From: Lama glama
Lineage: Eukaryota
Direction of reading: 5' to 3'
Assembly: GCA_028534125.1 (NCBI GenBank)
Contig: CM052816.1
Span: 83,516,001 to 83,580,000, forward strand
DNA: 64,000 bases
In this document: piece by piece, positions 38,601-53,367 of the stretch
How positions within the stretch are numbered: position 1 is the stretch's first letter
How the letters are laid out: every line of letters starts with the position of its first letter
Notes under the pieces: model-generated
Told to the model about the DNA's origin: nothing
The model's input: only the letters and a program-made list of their open reading frames with translations
Database searches by the model: none
Translations under genes and position numbers: made by a program

Positions 38601-41309
38601 TATTATAATGAAGAGCAAATCAGGATAGTACCTAATCTGACTTTCAGTAAGGGCACGAGCTAAAATCCAAAATAACTGCTTCTAAATGAAACTATAGAAC
38701 AATTAGTGATGGAGGAAAAATGTGCATATATGTGTGTGTATATATATATATATATATGCTGTATATATGTATGTGTTATTGCTGTTGCTTATTATTCTTT
38801 TCTTATATGAGATAACTGGTCTTGCTTCTAGCCATCCTTGTCATAACAGATGGAATATCTATATATATAAATGTAACAGACAGTGTTTTATATATATAAA
38901 CTTTAATTTTTTGAATGACAAAGGATGTCAGGAGCTTTATAAGGGAACAGCATTTACATGAGACAGTAAGAACCAGATGGCAGTACTCTATAGAGGTTAA
39001 CATAACAACAACAACAAAATAGTTTGATTTTAAAAATTTTTATCTCTTTGTTTGCTTCATAAAGATTTCCTTTGGAAAAAACTCTGAAATGTTTAGAAAG
39101 TCTCTCAGAAGAAACAACTCTGAAATTTTCAGTAGATATGATTGCCAGGGTTACCTACTAGACATGTACAGAATGTCTGTGTCTTAACTTTGCTTGGTTC
39201 CTGAGTTATGGTTAGTCTTCAGATATTTTATTTTTAACTCATTTTTATACAATATTTTATACATATTATTGGACTAATGGTAATTGAAAAGTACTTGGTA
39301 AGAAATTGTTCCATTAAAGTCACATTTAAATAATTATTTTTATTTATGAGAAATGGTTTAATTTGAAAGTTTAGTTTGTTCTAAAACAATCCTATATTTG
39401 GTTTGAGTTAAGATTTACAATAAATATGCTGCACATCATTTCTTGTCACATGTCTCCCCAAAATAATGACTTAAATATACAATTATCAACAAATACACTA
39501 GAGACATACAGAATATAAAAATCAAGATTATAACTTCTTAAAAATTCAACTGAAGACATTCCATTGGCAACTTTTATTCAGATGATAATTTAGATAGAGG
39601 TTCTTCTTTGGGAAGGTAATGTTTATTACTGCAGCATTCAGGACTAATACGAAGATAAATATAAATCTCCTGGAATAACTTAGTCACCTTGTTTAATTAA
39701 ACACCAAGCTAAAACTTACTTGCCTAGAACCCTAGCATCCATGTCATAGTTAAAATATCTATTTATTTGATCCCACTAATCACTGATAATCCACAAGTGA
39801 CCTTTGCTTAAATAAATTTGACATGCCAACTTGAGATTTCAGTCATAATTGCTTTCCATTGTTGTGCTATTGAGTGATCACCAAAAATGGCAGAATATAA
39901 TTTTCAATTTCTTGTTTCTAAAATTTTAATTTATACCTATTTTTCAAAATTTATAAACTCATATGTCTGAAGAATGTTGCCTAAGAATATTGTCAGATGT
40001 AGGAGAAATTTATGAAAATTATTTCATCTTGTTTCAGTTTTGCACTTGCTGAGTCCAACAACATTTCAAACATTGAAATACATGTATTCATGTTGAATTA
40101 TTAATACAGGGATAGAATAAGCAGTGGGCCAGATACAAAAGCACAAATGGTGAGACTTTCCTCCTACTCGCAGTTGGCAATGAGAAGGTGACCACCATTT
40201 TGAATCTCTGAAAGAGCTCTCTTATTTTAGTAGAATTTTAGAAAACCCAATTTACTGTAGTTTTCTAAAATTTTTCTAGAAAACCCAATTTACAGTGGTT
40301 AACATCTTTCTTATCCTCTTTTATACTGATTTTACAGTTCTATGCGTATGTATGCAAAGAGAAAAAAAAAGTAGGGAATGTAATACAGAAATGTGATTTC
40401 TTTGCAGCAGGAAGAGAAATTATATGACTAAGTATTACCTGGAACTGAAGGCTGGAGTCCTAACATCCCTGAAATAGCATTTGTTGACAAGACACTGATT
40501 AGATTTTAAAAGACTAATATTGATTTTTCTATTAAAATTTGTTCATTCCCATTCTAAATTTCATGTTTCAAACCACTTTTATAAAATTAGGATGCAAAAG
40601 CATGCTTAAGAAACTAATTAAATTACACAAAGCATACTGGCTACAAAAGTAGTAGAATTTTATAACAGAAAATGTCATGTTTTACATAACAGCAAACTAT
40701 TTTTAAACAAATTGCCTGTCATTTTAGCTTTTTTTTCCCTTAAAATGATTCTTATAAAAACACCACATCCAATTTTTAATTAAAAATACCATGTACCTGT
40801 CTGTGTGTATTAGGAGGGAAGACTTATTACAAATCCTGATGTCTCCTTTCATGAGGAGGGGTACCCATCCGTGTAACACTTCTGTTCTATTATCTACTTG
40901 TTCATTGCTTCCTCCTCTAGGCAGAAGGAAGTGCTTGCCTTCAGTTGAGTATTTAGAAGGGAAAGTGGGGAGTGCCTTCCTCCCTCAGGTCTATCTGGAG
41001 TTAGGCTATCCTCTGGAGCACACATTCTTTGTTATTCCACACTAGAACTTACAAATATAGGCTTTGTCCAGAAAGATATTAAGGTCCAGCACAGGGTCTT
41101 ACCTGGAGGGTAAGTCCATCCAGTTCTGGAGTGTGGCATCAAAGCCCTATTGTCAAACACTCAAGGCATACTTTCCAGTGTCAGCATACCAACAATATGG
41201 TTATTTCTCTATCTGCTCTGTCTTTTCCTTCCTTTGATTGAGAACTTGCATGGGGAAAGATCTTAATTTGGGGGCACCTTAAAATTCTCAAAGTATCTGT
41301 CATAGTATT

Positions 41310-41770
41310 AAAGCATTAGGTTACTAGCACTTACTTTGCAGTGAATTCCAAAGAGCTTAGGAATTCAGTAGCTTTTATAAAATCAGGAATTTATGTAGCT
41401 TGAGAAATGACTAGAACTACAGAGTCGAGCACCATCTCTCCTGTTTGATCTCTCTCCATTCTCCCTTGTGATATTGTTGTGTTTTCATTTCTTTCTCTAA
41501 GGCCAATTCTCTCTACATAGCAGGAGCTATGGATGAAGATACGTATGTGCTTCTATTTTTAACAGTGTCATAAACAGAAAGAAATAAATGGGCTCTTCCT
41601 TATATGCCATTTGTGAAAAACAAAAACAGGAACATGAACAAACGTAGGAGAAAAATACCTGAAAAACTCTTCTCATTGGTCTGGCTTAAGATTTTACATG
41701 TATCCCTTAAATAATTCTATTGGCAGGGACCGCAAATAGAATTGACTTGGCCTGAGTCAATGTAACAGAA
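41310..41770 (-). mobile_element. Old MaLR LTR remnant (MLT1K/L-like)
   Basis: ctcattggtctggcttaag...atccctt...ctattggcaggga...gattgacttggcctgagtc motifs. Confidence 0.4.
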
Positions 41771-43234
41771 CAGACTAAGGATTTAGCATGTTACTGGAAA
41801 AAACATACAAATATAGCATAGATGTAGTTCATGAGATATAATATCTCACAAAACAAGAACAAAACATGTTGAGAGCTTCTACAGAAAATGTACGTGTGGG
41901 ACAGTGGAATACAAAAATGGATGTGATGTACCTCCTAATACTTGAGAATATATGAGGGAATACATAAAGTAAATACTTATTTCATTATTAGGACATTTAA
42001 TAAGCATTCTTTCTTCCCTCTGTCAATAAGATTAAAATAGGATTTGGGGATGTGCTATATGCAGATGACAGAAAATGGATAATAGCATAGCCATGTCAAA
42101 TCATAGCTATTAAAGGGACTCATATTTCAGGTTTTTCAGGGTAACACAAGTAAGTTTTGGACAGATGCATCTCCGAGGGCAGCTGTCTGTAGGAGTAAAT
42201 GTATTCATTTCTTTATGTACAAATGAGCAAGAAAAATACGTCTGCCTTAATTATCTGTGTATTGTAAGAATAATACAGCTTCAGTAAATTTAAAAAAAAA
42301 TCTTTTATGTTTCCTATTCTTAAGGAACCAGGCAGTCATGAGATTACTCTTCCTGTGGGGGTGAGGGAGGTAAGCCATCATAAATCTTGGATTCAGAAGA
42401 CTGTAGATTTAGTTGGATCAAGACAAGCAATGGAAAACTTTTGGATATGTTAATAATACCTGGCACAGTTCACTATCATACTGAGATGGCTAAGGAACAT
42501 ATTGGACGTTAATTTTATTTTTGTATTTTGAGACATTTAAATAAGCAAAGTTTGGGATTACTAGAGAAAAAAATATCTATCTAGACAAGTCTCATTTAAA
42601 ATAAACGTGATTTGAATAAAATATAAAATCTGCTTTTGCTTTCCAATATGAAAAAAAATGAACAAATTAGCATTTTTAAACAGAATTACAAGAAGGAATG
42701 CTTAACTTGCTTAAGAGGAAGAGTTGCACTTAGAAACAACAAATTACATGTAAGTGGTTTATTAATATATGTCCTTTACCCATTTTTAAAGCTCTGTACG
42801 GCAAGAAATCATCAACTAGTTCATGGCAAGGTATACTTTTAAATTAAACAGCAGAAACTGTTAACATGATACAAAATGAAATATTTTTATGTATTTAGAT
42901 AAAACTTTATTTCAGTTAGATTGAATTAGTAGAGATTGGCTCTTAATGTGTGATTATAATTTACCTTAAAACATTTAAAAGCTTATAAAATTCAGAAGAT
43001 GCTGTTTTCTCTATGCTGAGCCTAGATTTGGAAAGAGTATAAACATTCTCAATTATCACAATCATCTGTTTAAGAGTTAAATCGCCCATATGATTACAGA
43101 AATTCTAGTCCTGCCTGCCAAAGAAGGAAAGATCTCTGACAAGGGTTGAAAGGAGAGGTGAAATGTCACCAAAAAGGATTGAAAGAAGAGTTTTCCAGAT
43201 AAATTTTGTGCCAGCTTTTACATAAGAACACTGT

Positions 43235-43335
43235 AATTTTTCAAACAACCTAAAAATTTATCTCCATTTTACAGCTGTGGAAACTGAGGTGTGGTCAAAT
43301 TAAGTGATTTTGTCCTTTAAAGTCATAACAGAAAA
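43235..43335 (-). mobile_element. MIR core fragment
   Basis: ttatctccattttacagctgtggaaactgaggtgtggtcaaattaagtgattttgtcc. Confidence 0.7.
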
Positions 43336-46277
43336 CTAGGGTTAGTGGTTCCCAATTGTATGTTATTTCTATTGTGCAATATCATTAGGTCGAGTTATGA
43401 ATTCCATGAAGTTTCCAGGCATGGTTACCCAGTCTGGTCATTTCAGGCAAGAAACAGAAACACAGAATATGGAAAGACAACAGCTAAGTATTTTATCTGT
43501 AGTTACTTCCAGAGAGGAAGCAAGATGAAGTGGAATCAGGGATCAGGAATAAAACTCTGATTTGGGGGAACATTAAGGACTGATTTATGATTTATATTCT
43601 ACCATTTTTTTGCCAAAATTAATTTGCTTGATTTCATAATTAACAACTTATTACACAAATTCAAGTTTCATTTGCATCCCCAAAAACTCCATTTTTGAGA
43701 ATCTAAGACATTTTTACAATTACCAAACTTCAAAACATTTCGTTTATGGGTCAATGAGAGGACTGGTGGGATTCTATACTGCTCAGGAATTTGTTGAAGG
43801 AACTACCAAGCAAGAAAAATACATTAACTCCTTAATTTCTCTAGAGAAGCTTGTATAGGATAGATGATTATCTGTGTGATTATAGAATTCATTTAGAGAA
43901 ATCTAAGAGTAGCTCAGAATGATCTTGAGAATTTAAAATGTAAAATACATTAAAAGCTATGATAAATGATACATCTACTGCAAGATGTACTAAAAATAAT
44001 TACTTTTACATCATGTGAAATAATTTCATATATAGAACTTAGCATTTCATTGAACATTATTTCTATGAGGAAAATATGAAAGGTAAGTCTGTAAGCAAAT
44101 ACTACACTTCACCCTCTAATGGTAATTAATTTTCTGAAGATCTACAACAGTATCCACACAGACTCCAGTGGGATTGTTTTATTTTAGTAGTTTTTGAAAG
44201 TTTATTATATGCCAGGCAGAATTCCAATCCCTGTAAGCACTAGGTCAAATAAGAAACTGCCCTATTGAAAATTTAAGAGTCAACTCCTTGGAATAGTTTA
44301 TATAGATTATCAGAATTTTATTTCAGTATAAAAGAAAAGAAAAAAAGAACAACTGTGTATGCTCTTTTATACATCTTTGCATTTTAGCAACTAACCATGT
44401 GTAGAAGGAAATTAGAAGATCATTAAATTCTGATAGTAGGAGAGAGAGAAAGAGAAAGGGGGGTGCAGAGGAGGAATAAAGGGAGGGAGGAGGGGAAATC
44501 CTTGGTAGTATTCATGCTATCATTATTTATGCTATTATGTTTTGAATTTATGCTATTATATTTATACTATCATTAAAAGATTAAGAGGCAGATTTTTGGA
44601 AAATGCATAGATAGTAAATTATCTCTGATTAGGCAAGTGATTAAAACATTTAAATTATGACCAAAATAATTTGATAGATATTATTTTTATATTAATGACA
44701 CTTTTGTTTCTATACAAAAGATTAAGGAAATAAATTCTATGACAATAAACTAAACTAAATATGTGATTCTGTAATACCCTTGTATTTCTGGGTATGAAAA
44801 TTGTGGATAATGCAAAATTAATATCTCATGTGGGTAAAACTGTAAATGCACAGGTTATTCTCACATGTTACTAATAAAAAAAAAAAACCACTGTTTATGT
44901 CTAGCAGTTTAATTTCTTTGTTAAGCTTAATCACTATTAATCACCTAGCTGACAAACAATAAAGGGGCAGCAGGTCAACCCACTGGAAGGAAAGCTTCAA
45001 ATTTGCACAGCTGTACCCCTAACAGCAATCCGTGTATATCTGAAGATTCATTTTCTCATTTCTAATATGCATATGGTTACAGATTGCTTTTCATATAAAT
45101 CTGTGAAACGCTGTGTGGCATGTGAACATTTGCCCATCTGGAGGACTGGTCATAAAACTCATTTTCTATGATTTAATGGAATTAGAAATCCATGAGCAAG
45201 AACAGTTTTAGCTTTGTATTCAAACGTTCGTAGGTGTTACGATCACTCGTGTTTTCCATAATATGTTCCTAATTTTACAAATGATGAATTTATGTTTCAA
45301 AGACAATAAACCTGGTAGCATGACCTTTGGATGTCCATTCATGGCAATATATATCAAAGAAATATATGTTTTAATATTTTTCAAACCTCTTCCCCAATAT
45401 CTCTTCTCTTCTTCAAACCCCACACTCATAAAATTTACTAGTTCAGAAAAACTGAATGTCTTAGAAAACACTATTATGTAGTTTAGTGGAAGCTGTTGCT
45501 GGCACTGCATAAAATGAAGCATAGATATGATTCAAATGTACCAAAACAAATGATATTTTTGGAATTAAATTAGAATTTTATTGCTTTCTCTGATCATTTT
45601 GGAAACTATTCTGTAATAAAAGATTATTACCATTCATGCATGTGCTGTAGAATCTCTCAAATGCAGACATTGAATCAGAAATTGTCCATTACCATACTCT
45701 CAGAAAACAAAGTAAACTTTTTTCTGGAAAATGTTAATGATAATGAAAAAATAAGTATTTTTTATTTTCTTAAAAATAATCTAAGCCTACTCCAGTCAAT
45801 CTTGTGTTTTTGAGATAAAGAGATGAGTATAATATGATCCATGATCCCTAAAATTTTACAGTATTTTCTAGAACTATGTGGTCTAGACACTTATTTTCGC
45901 AAAAATCTAAGAGAGACTTGATTTAAGCCACTAATATCAAATTGTGTCTTAATGGTTTCTTCCTTTACAGGCTGTTTATTTTAATAAAATAACCAGTTTT
46001 AACTCAAAATCCCAACTGCAATACATCTAGATTTATAAATAAGGAGGGCTTGGTGAGAACTACCAACATATCCTAATTCTAACAGCTATGTGACATAGAA
46101 GGGAATAAAATGCAAAAGTTATATGTATCTTGACATTAGAATGTTCTCCCTTTTTGATTTATGTTTTTCCTTATCAAGTACTTTTACAAATATTAGCTAG
46201 ATTATATTAGAGGAATACTTAATTGATTACTATGCTCACTTACTGATGAGTCATAAAGACAATATTAAAATGGAATT

Positions 46278-46430
46278 AGAACTGTGCTTTCAAATATGCT
46301 GGCTGTTAGCCACATGTAGCTAATGAGAAGGTGAAATGTGGCTAGTCTGAAATGAGATGTGCAGTTATACATACCAGATTTTGAGGATTTAGTGTGAAAA
46401 AATATGTAGTGTATCTCAATTATTCTAAGA
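46278..46430. mobile_element. hAT-Charlie MITE fragment (MER33/MER3-like)
   Basis: ttagccacatgtagctaatgagaaggtgaaatgtggctagtctgaaatgagatgtgc...accagattttgaggatttagt. Confidence 0.75.
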
Positions 46431-46739
46431 AGATTCTATCTTCTTTATAAATCATTATTTTCATGAGTGGAAAAATACACAGGTGTTTTGTTTTCTAATC
46501 AGGGCTTATGTATAATGATGTGAAATCTGGACATACAAGTCCAATTTGCTATGTTTTGAAGATGAGCTAAAATTATGGTAAAGAAAGGAAAAGAACGTCA
46601 ACTTGTGTATAGGTGTATGTGTGTGTGTGTGTGTTTCTTTGATTTCTGGGTATAGTCATTTTTGTTGACATAAATATATTAAAAAAGAGATTTAGAGTTT
46701 GATTGAAATACATGACTTCATATTGGAACTGAATGAGGC

Positions 46740-47500
46740 AGAGAAATACAATTTACTTCTTGTAAACGACAGATCAGTTTATCATAGACCAACAGATTTA
46801 GAGGAAATAATTAGAAATAACTAGAAAATTGGGACTCAGTTGACAATAACAAAACAGAAACATGTTTGAAGGCATGTTAAAGCTATCAAGTAACGCAGGG
46901 TTTAAGGGGCCGAACTCCCAGAAAGAAGAAAAGTTCAATGAGATTAGCTAAAACTCATGCAACAATGCTTTATGTCTTGAGGTTTTGCAGTTTATAAGTG
47001 ACTCATGGGGAAAGCCTAATAAATGGAAGCTAAGAAGCTAAGAAGCCAAACAGAGTCTGACTATTGTGGTCTCTAGGATTTGACAGGACATAAAATGGAG
47101 TTCATGGACTGCCAAGGAGAAAAGGTAAAATCTTAGGGTTTCAATTATGATCCACAGAGTGCTATGCTCTAGAAATAAGCAATAGGCCATTCTTCACAAA
47201 AACTTAATTCTAGTCTTGAATATTTTCAGTCTCATATGGATTAAGATGATCTGACCCTAAACTGTTTAACAGAAGAAATTATAAGCCTCACTTGGAGGAA
47301 AAAAACTGTTATTGAGAAATTGGCATTGTTGTCTAAATAATGACCAGCATTCAAATGAGTAACAAATAAATTTATAAACAAACAACAAGCATGCCAAAAG
47401 ACAAGAACAAATACCCAAAAGCAGAAAAAAAAAAACCTCACAATTTTGATATCAGAGTGAGAAAAAATAGACTTTTTAAGCCACTGATATACCAATATGA
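46740..47500 (+). mobile_element. Old L1 (L1ME-like) 5' region remnant
   Basis: ttgaaggcatgttaaagctatcaag, ggattaagatgatctgaccctaaactgtttaacagaag and similar motifs resemble old L1 5' sequences. Confidence 0.4.
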
Positions 47501-48389
47501 TATAACTGTTAAATATGACTGTACCATGACTGACTGTTGCTATCTTAGAAAAACTGACAAAATTCTTTGTTCAGAAAACTATGAACATTTATCTATTTGA
47601 GAATGATTTTTAAATGAGTGTTCATATAAAGATTCATAAAAATACTCAAAATAAATAACAATTATTACCACTTAGAGATAGGCTGCTTATGAAAAAGTGG
47701 ATTATGATTAATACATACTGTAACAGAATTATTATCATAGGGTTATTCAGTGTTTTAAAAAGAGTATAATTATATGTTTGAAGTCAGAAGCAAAAAGTGA
47801 ACTAGATTTTAATAAAAATGTCATATTTGTACAATGTATTGAGACTATCTGTTCCCAAACAAAACACAGTCATTTTGCTTTTTTCTAATATAATTAATAA
47901 CTTGTATTTAGACTTTTCCATTTCCCTAACAACCTCTGCTCCCTTTTAGAAAAATAAAATGACTAGAGTACACAAACTATTTCTGTGTTTTCACATACTG
48001 CTCTACAAATTGAAGGAGCTTACTGAATGGAAAATTGTAAGATTTGAGTGTTATTCATGTTATATAGATAAGGAATTTAATTGCATTAAGACATTTATCT
48101 TACATAATTCTATTTCTCTATGAAATAATACACAATAGTTAATATTGCATGCTAATAAATTCACAAAATCAAGTACAATGTTTATCAGATAATACATTTT
48201 GATAAATTAATTCTGAAATGTGTAGACATTGATTGTAAAAACAGCATGTTGTTTTGATTAGAGCTGCTGTTGGTGAATTCAGTGGTTTAGAGTATCACAG
48301 GAGTTATGTTCTAGCCTAGATCTACTGCCTTGTGCTCCATCATATTCACAGACAAGCTATTCGAGAAATGTCTTCATATAAAGCCACTG

Positions 48390-49080
48390 TTTTGTTACAT
48401 CCTGGTCAATATTTAACCCACTTCAGCCTGCCGTCTACATCTACTACTACCACTCAATCAAAATCCTCTTGCATTCACCATTGATTTCATTTATACCAAA
48501 GCCAATGGAAACGTCATAGTTTTCACTTTATCAGACTTAATAGACTTGCCAGCATTTGTATCTTTCCTACAGTAACATTCTTTTACCCTATATATTGTAA
48601 AACCACACCCCTTTCTCTTTTCTCTTTTACTCAATCCATCTCTCTCTCTCTCTCTCTCTGTTTCCTCTCTCCCTCCTCCCTTATACTAGGATATTTCTTC
48701 TTTCTCTGTGTTCTTTACCACTCTCTCCTCCTTGAAACACACTTGGGACTCAAGCTGGGGCTCTTCCTGTTCCATTCTTTCTGTAGGTAGCACAGTGCAG
48801 TACAGCAATTATATTTAAAATGCTAGACACATTAGGCACTGTGTAAGTGTTTGTTTATAAAATATATTTTAAAAATAGGTAAGCCTTATCTTTTAACCGT
48901 TGTTTTAAAGAGTATCACTATGGAAAAAGAATAACAACTTCATCCCAGCCTTCTGTTGTTTTTTTAGTGCCAACCTCACCTTTCTTATTCTCTGTTTGAT
49001 ATTTCTTTGATGTCTCACAAGCCTCTCTAGTGTACCCTTTCCAAAACTAAACCTTTGGTTAGTCTTTCCCTTCCTCTACA
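48390..49080 (+). mobile_element. Decayed L2 fragments with a (CT)n tract
   Basis: ccacttcagcctgcc...accaaagccaatggaaac...tttctttgatgtctcacaagcctctc...ccaaaactaaac. Pyrimidine-rich. Confidence 0.5.
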
Positions 49081-51002
49081 TACCTTGTGTTTTGTTTGTT
49101 TCCCTTTTCAAGCCCTGACATGTAACAGACTTCACTGATCATAAAGACTAAATTATCCATGTAATCTCTTTTTGAGCAAAGAATTTGGTATTTTTTCCAT
49201 CATAATAACTCCATTGTTTGAATCATACACACTTATGCACACATTTGCAAACACACACATACATGTATGTATACATACAGTTTTCAAATGAACCATAACC
49301 ATTATTAGTACAGTAATTGCACCTGTGTTATCTACTCTTTTATAATCAATACCTTACAAAATATGTGACATATACATCCTATTTTCTTTAAAATTTATAA
49401 CATCCTAATTTGTTTTATAACTGTTTCTGTGCATGATTTCTCATCTGTAATGAATTTCAAAGCTTTAAATATGGAGTATAACAAGTGGTAGATATTAAAT
49501 GCAGTTTTTTGAATTAGTGAATAAATGATTAAACATTATTATTATTATTGAGAAATGAATGCATATGTCCTTCAGTGTTTTAAAGGCTATTTCATTTTTG
49601 CCTATACATTAAGCATGCAATTTGTTCATATAATGAAAGGCAATTTTCCTAATAAATCATAATTCTCTGACTCTCTACTTTGGTTATGTAAAATAATTTC
49701 AGATACTTTCTTAGACATATAAGCAAACTATATGTTAAAGCATTATAATTTAACTTGTTCAAATGTTTCTATTAGTATTAAAAATATGTCCATTTTTGAA
49801 ATCTATCACTAGGACTATGTTTTTAATTAATTACAAAAAATATTTCTTGTCACTGCGCATCCTGCATCTGAATCTCTCTATCCAATAGCACAAATTTATG
49901 TTAGAATTTCTTTAAATTTTAGAAATAGAAATTCATGCCTGCATTTCAATGACACCAAAACTCAGGAGCTAAGCATATTTGTATGTTCCCTAAACCCTGA
50001 ACACTTGTGAAAGTTTGCTAAATATAGAGCCTCTTGTGTAGCTGGTTTTCTCACATTTACATGCAGCACTACTATTTCATCTTATCCTCCTTCCACCAGC
50101 TCCAGAGATAAAAAGGGGGTGATCTTTAGTCCACAGCACCATTTGGAATCCTATTGTCCAGACTATATTATATTTTACATCTTTCTCATCACGTGGCTGG
50201 GAAGTGAAAAGGGTTAATGGAAAGACTGGAGTGGAAGCTGGTGAGTAATACTGAAAGAACAAGTACATAATAACCAGTTCAATTAAAATAGGTACATACA
50301 TGTAAGTATGTAGTCTAACTGAAATATACCTGAACATCAAAAACAATTTGATAAAAATAAGGTTGCTCATTATTCACTTTACTGTAAATACCAATTTATA
50401 TAAAACATGCAGCAAGCATCATTTTATTTGATGGAATATAATTTATTTATCTTAAAAATCTTTTTGACATTTGTATTCACTGATTTAATTTTATTTACCT
50501 GACTTACTGAAGGTAACATTGAATTGAGGAAACTTCATATTCACCTATCTTATCTGTCATCTATTTATCTACCTATCTAATGACTACTTTGCCTAATTTA
50601 ATTTTTATTACATATCAGCAATTTTTATAATTTGCTTTGTTCATATATATTTTGTGATTTGATTTTCATCATACTCCTTTTAGATATACAGGCCTGTCCC
50701 CTTTACTGTAATCTTAAAGAAGAAAAAGTTGAATCTCAGCAATTCAAATTCATCAGCTCAAAAGAATTGCAAATAATATGAGAAAGAACCTGCAGTTCCA
50801 TTTGGGAACTATTAGTGTTCCATGAAGAAAAATGCTTGTGATTCAAGAATTTATTTTCAAGATTCAAGTCTTCCTTTTGAGTTGGATGACATGTAACAGT
50901 AACATTAGCCTTCCTGGATATGGTTTTTTTCTCCAGGGTTATAAGCTTTTCTTCTTCTTTACCTTCTGTGGCTTGTTAGATACTATAAAAACGGAATGGT
51001 TT

Positions 51003-51543
51003 CCATAATCCAGCAATCCCACTTCTGGAGAAAACTCCAATTTGAAAAGATACATGTACCCCAATGTTCATAGCATCACTATTTACAATAGTCAAGACAT
51101 GGAAGCAACCTAAATGTCCATCAACAGATGACTGGATAAAGCAGTTGTGGCATATATATGATGGAATACTACTCAGCCATAAAAAAGAATGAAATAAAGC
51201 CATTTGCAGGAACATGGATAGACCTAGAAATTATCATACTAAGTGAAGTAAGTCAGATAGAGAAAGACAAATATCTCATGATATCACTGATATGTGGAAT
51301 ATAAAAAAATGAGAAATGAACTTATTTACAAAACAGAGACAGACTCACAGACATAGAAAACAAACTCATGGTTACCAAAGGGGAAAGGGGAAGGGATAAA
51401 TTAGAACTTTGGGATTAGCAGACATAAACTACTATATATATAAAATAGATAAACAACAAAAGTCCTACACCTTAGCACAGGGATATATATTTGATATCTT
51501 GTAATAACCTAAAATGAAAAAGAATATGAAAAAGATGTGTGTG

Positions 51544-51574
<31 letters not shown>

Positions 51575-51663
51575 ATGTGTGTGTGTGTGTGTATGACTGA
51601 ATCACAATGATGTACAGCAAAAAGTAACACAGCATTGTAAATCAACTATACTTCAATTAAAAA
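51003..51663 (+). mobile_element. 5'-truncated L1 3' end (ORF2 C-terminus and 3'UTR), cetartiodactyl/camelid-type
   Basis: atccagcaatcccacttctgg...aaagatacatgtaccccaatgttcatagc...aacctaaatgtccatcaacagatga...cattgtaaatcaactatacttcaattaaaaa. Degenerate TSD aaaaacggaatggtttc / aaaaactagaatggtgtc. (TA)/(TG) microsatellite in the 3'UTR at 51537-51594. Confidence 0.93.
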
Positions 51664-52133
51664 CTAGAATGGTGTCAAATTCTCAAAAAATTATGATTTT
51701 GAAATTTATAGACACTGTACGCCTACAGTCTAGAACATCAACTTGTAGGTCTACAACATACATTTATTCATGGATGAGATGTCATTGCCTATCATTCCTT
51801 AACCACTTGTCCTCCTGCCTAACATACAGGAGCAAGAGTAGATCAAGACTTTTTGCTTCATTCCATAATCAAGCTGGAAAATAATCTCCTAAATATCAAG
51901 CACCCTGCTTGAGCCTTGTTTTCTAGGAAAATGTTCTGCTTCTTTCCTAGAATTAGCCACAATGCTGGAGATATTTTCTCTCTTCCTTTCACTCAAGCTA
52001 AATAGAATGACATAGCTTGAAGGGCAAAGAATATCCCAGCTTTTCCTACAGTTTCCTGTCAGAAAAGATTAAAATGACTTTGCTCTAGGTGTATGTCCTT
52101 AATCCAGTATCTCTGACCTACATGACTGAGATA

Positions 52134-52501
52134 TATGTTAGTCCATTCAGGCTTCTCTATCGAAGTCCCATAGACTGAGTGGCTTATGAACAGTAGACAC
52201 TGATTTCTGTTTTGGAGACTAGGAAGTCCAAGAACAGGCTGCCTGTGTGATTGGTTCTGGTAAGGTCTCTCATAAGGCTTGTAGACTGCCTGCCGATTTC
52301 TGGTTATATACTCCAAGGGCAGAAGTAGGGCTAGAGAACTCTCTGGGGTCCCTTTTATAAGGGCACTAATCCCATTCTTGAGGGCTTCCTCCCCATGACC
52401 TAATTACCTTCCCCAAAACCCTAGCTCTTAATACCATCACTTTGGGGATTAGGATTTCAATTTATGGATTTGAGGGGGATACAAACATTCAGTCCATTGC
52501 A
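52134..52501 (-). mobile_element. MaLR LTR (MLT1A0-like)
   Basis: ttagtccattcaggct...catagactgagtggcttatgaac...ttttataagggcactaatcccatt...catgacctaattacctt...gggatacaaacattcagtccattgca. Confidence 0.9.
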
Positions 52502-53367
52502 GGACACTTGAACTAGAATTCCTGCAATGAAGTGTAAATAAAAAATAGTATTTATGTGACCCAGACTAGTTTTCCAGGGCCTGCAGTTGGACTTGGGAGC
52601 AATTCCTGGTTCAGAATACTATGACCCTTTCTGAGAATTCTTCTTTGTGAAAGATCTTTTCCTTCCTTATTTCATGAAGAGTGCTGGTCGAAAGAAGAAC
52701 TTGTCGCTTTGTAAAAAGCATGGTTCATATTATCTAGCTTCCTGTATCTACAACTCATGGACTCACCTAGACCCCTACAATCACATGTACCATCAAAACC
52801 ATCAGTCTTTTGATTCTATTAGTTTCACTGTTCTTTATCTCCTCACAGCCTTGCCACCTCCCTTTTCTCTCTTGAATTCCGTGGTCAAGTACACATACTT
52901 AATATCTGTGCCCCTCTTATGCTTCCTCAAATTCAACTGGCAAAACCACACTCAAATCCAACTCTGCAGCTACTATTTATTTGCGTCCTTAAAGATGAAC
53001 ATGAATGAAGATTAATATACAACTACTTTGACTGATTACACTTTAAAATTATGACGTGAACCTCAAGTGAGATCTTAGTGTAGTTTTGCAATCATACTGT
53101 GCTTCCCTAGGACACTCATTCTTCCAGCCAATTATCACCCACTATCTCCTCTTTCCAAATCTCCACATCTTCTGTTCCTCACCTGCAGCTGATGAACTTG
53201 AGTCTTACATCATTAGAGGCGATTAGAGACAAACTTTGCAATTTCCACTATCAATTCTATCCACTTAGAGCATTTGCACAATGTCCTTTAATTGCCTTTC
53301 AGTCCCTGTAGAGCAGGTACTAAACCGGCTGTCAACAGCCCTTAAATTCCCCATCAATGAAAATTAC

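Noticed and set aside
40780..41200. GC-richer block possibly an old LTR
   Set aside because: No recognisable termini, TSD or family-diagnostic motif.
50976..51215. 79-aa minus-strand ORF (MFLQMALFHSFLWLSSIP...)
   Set aside because: Typical antisense translation of an L1 3' end; a common spurious protein prediction.
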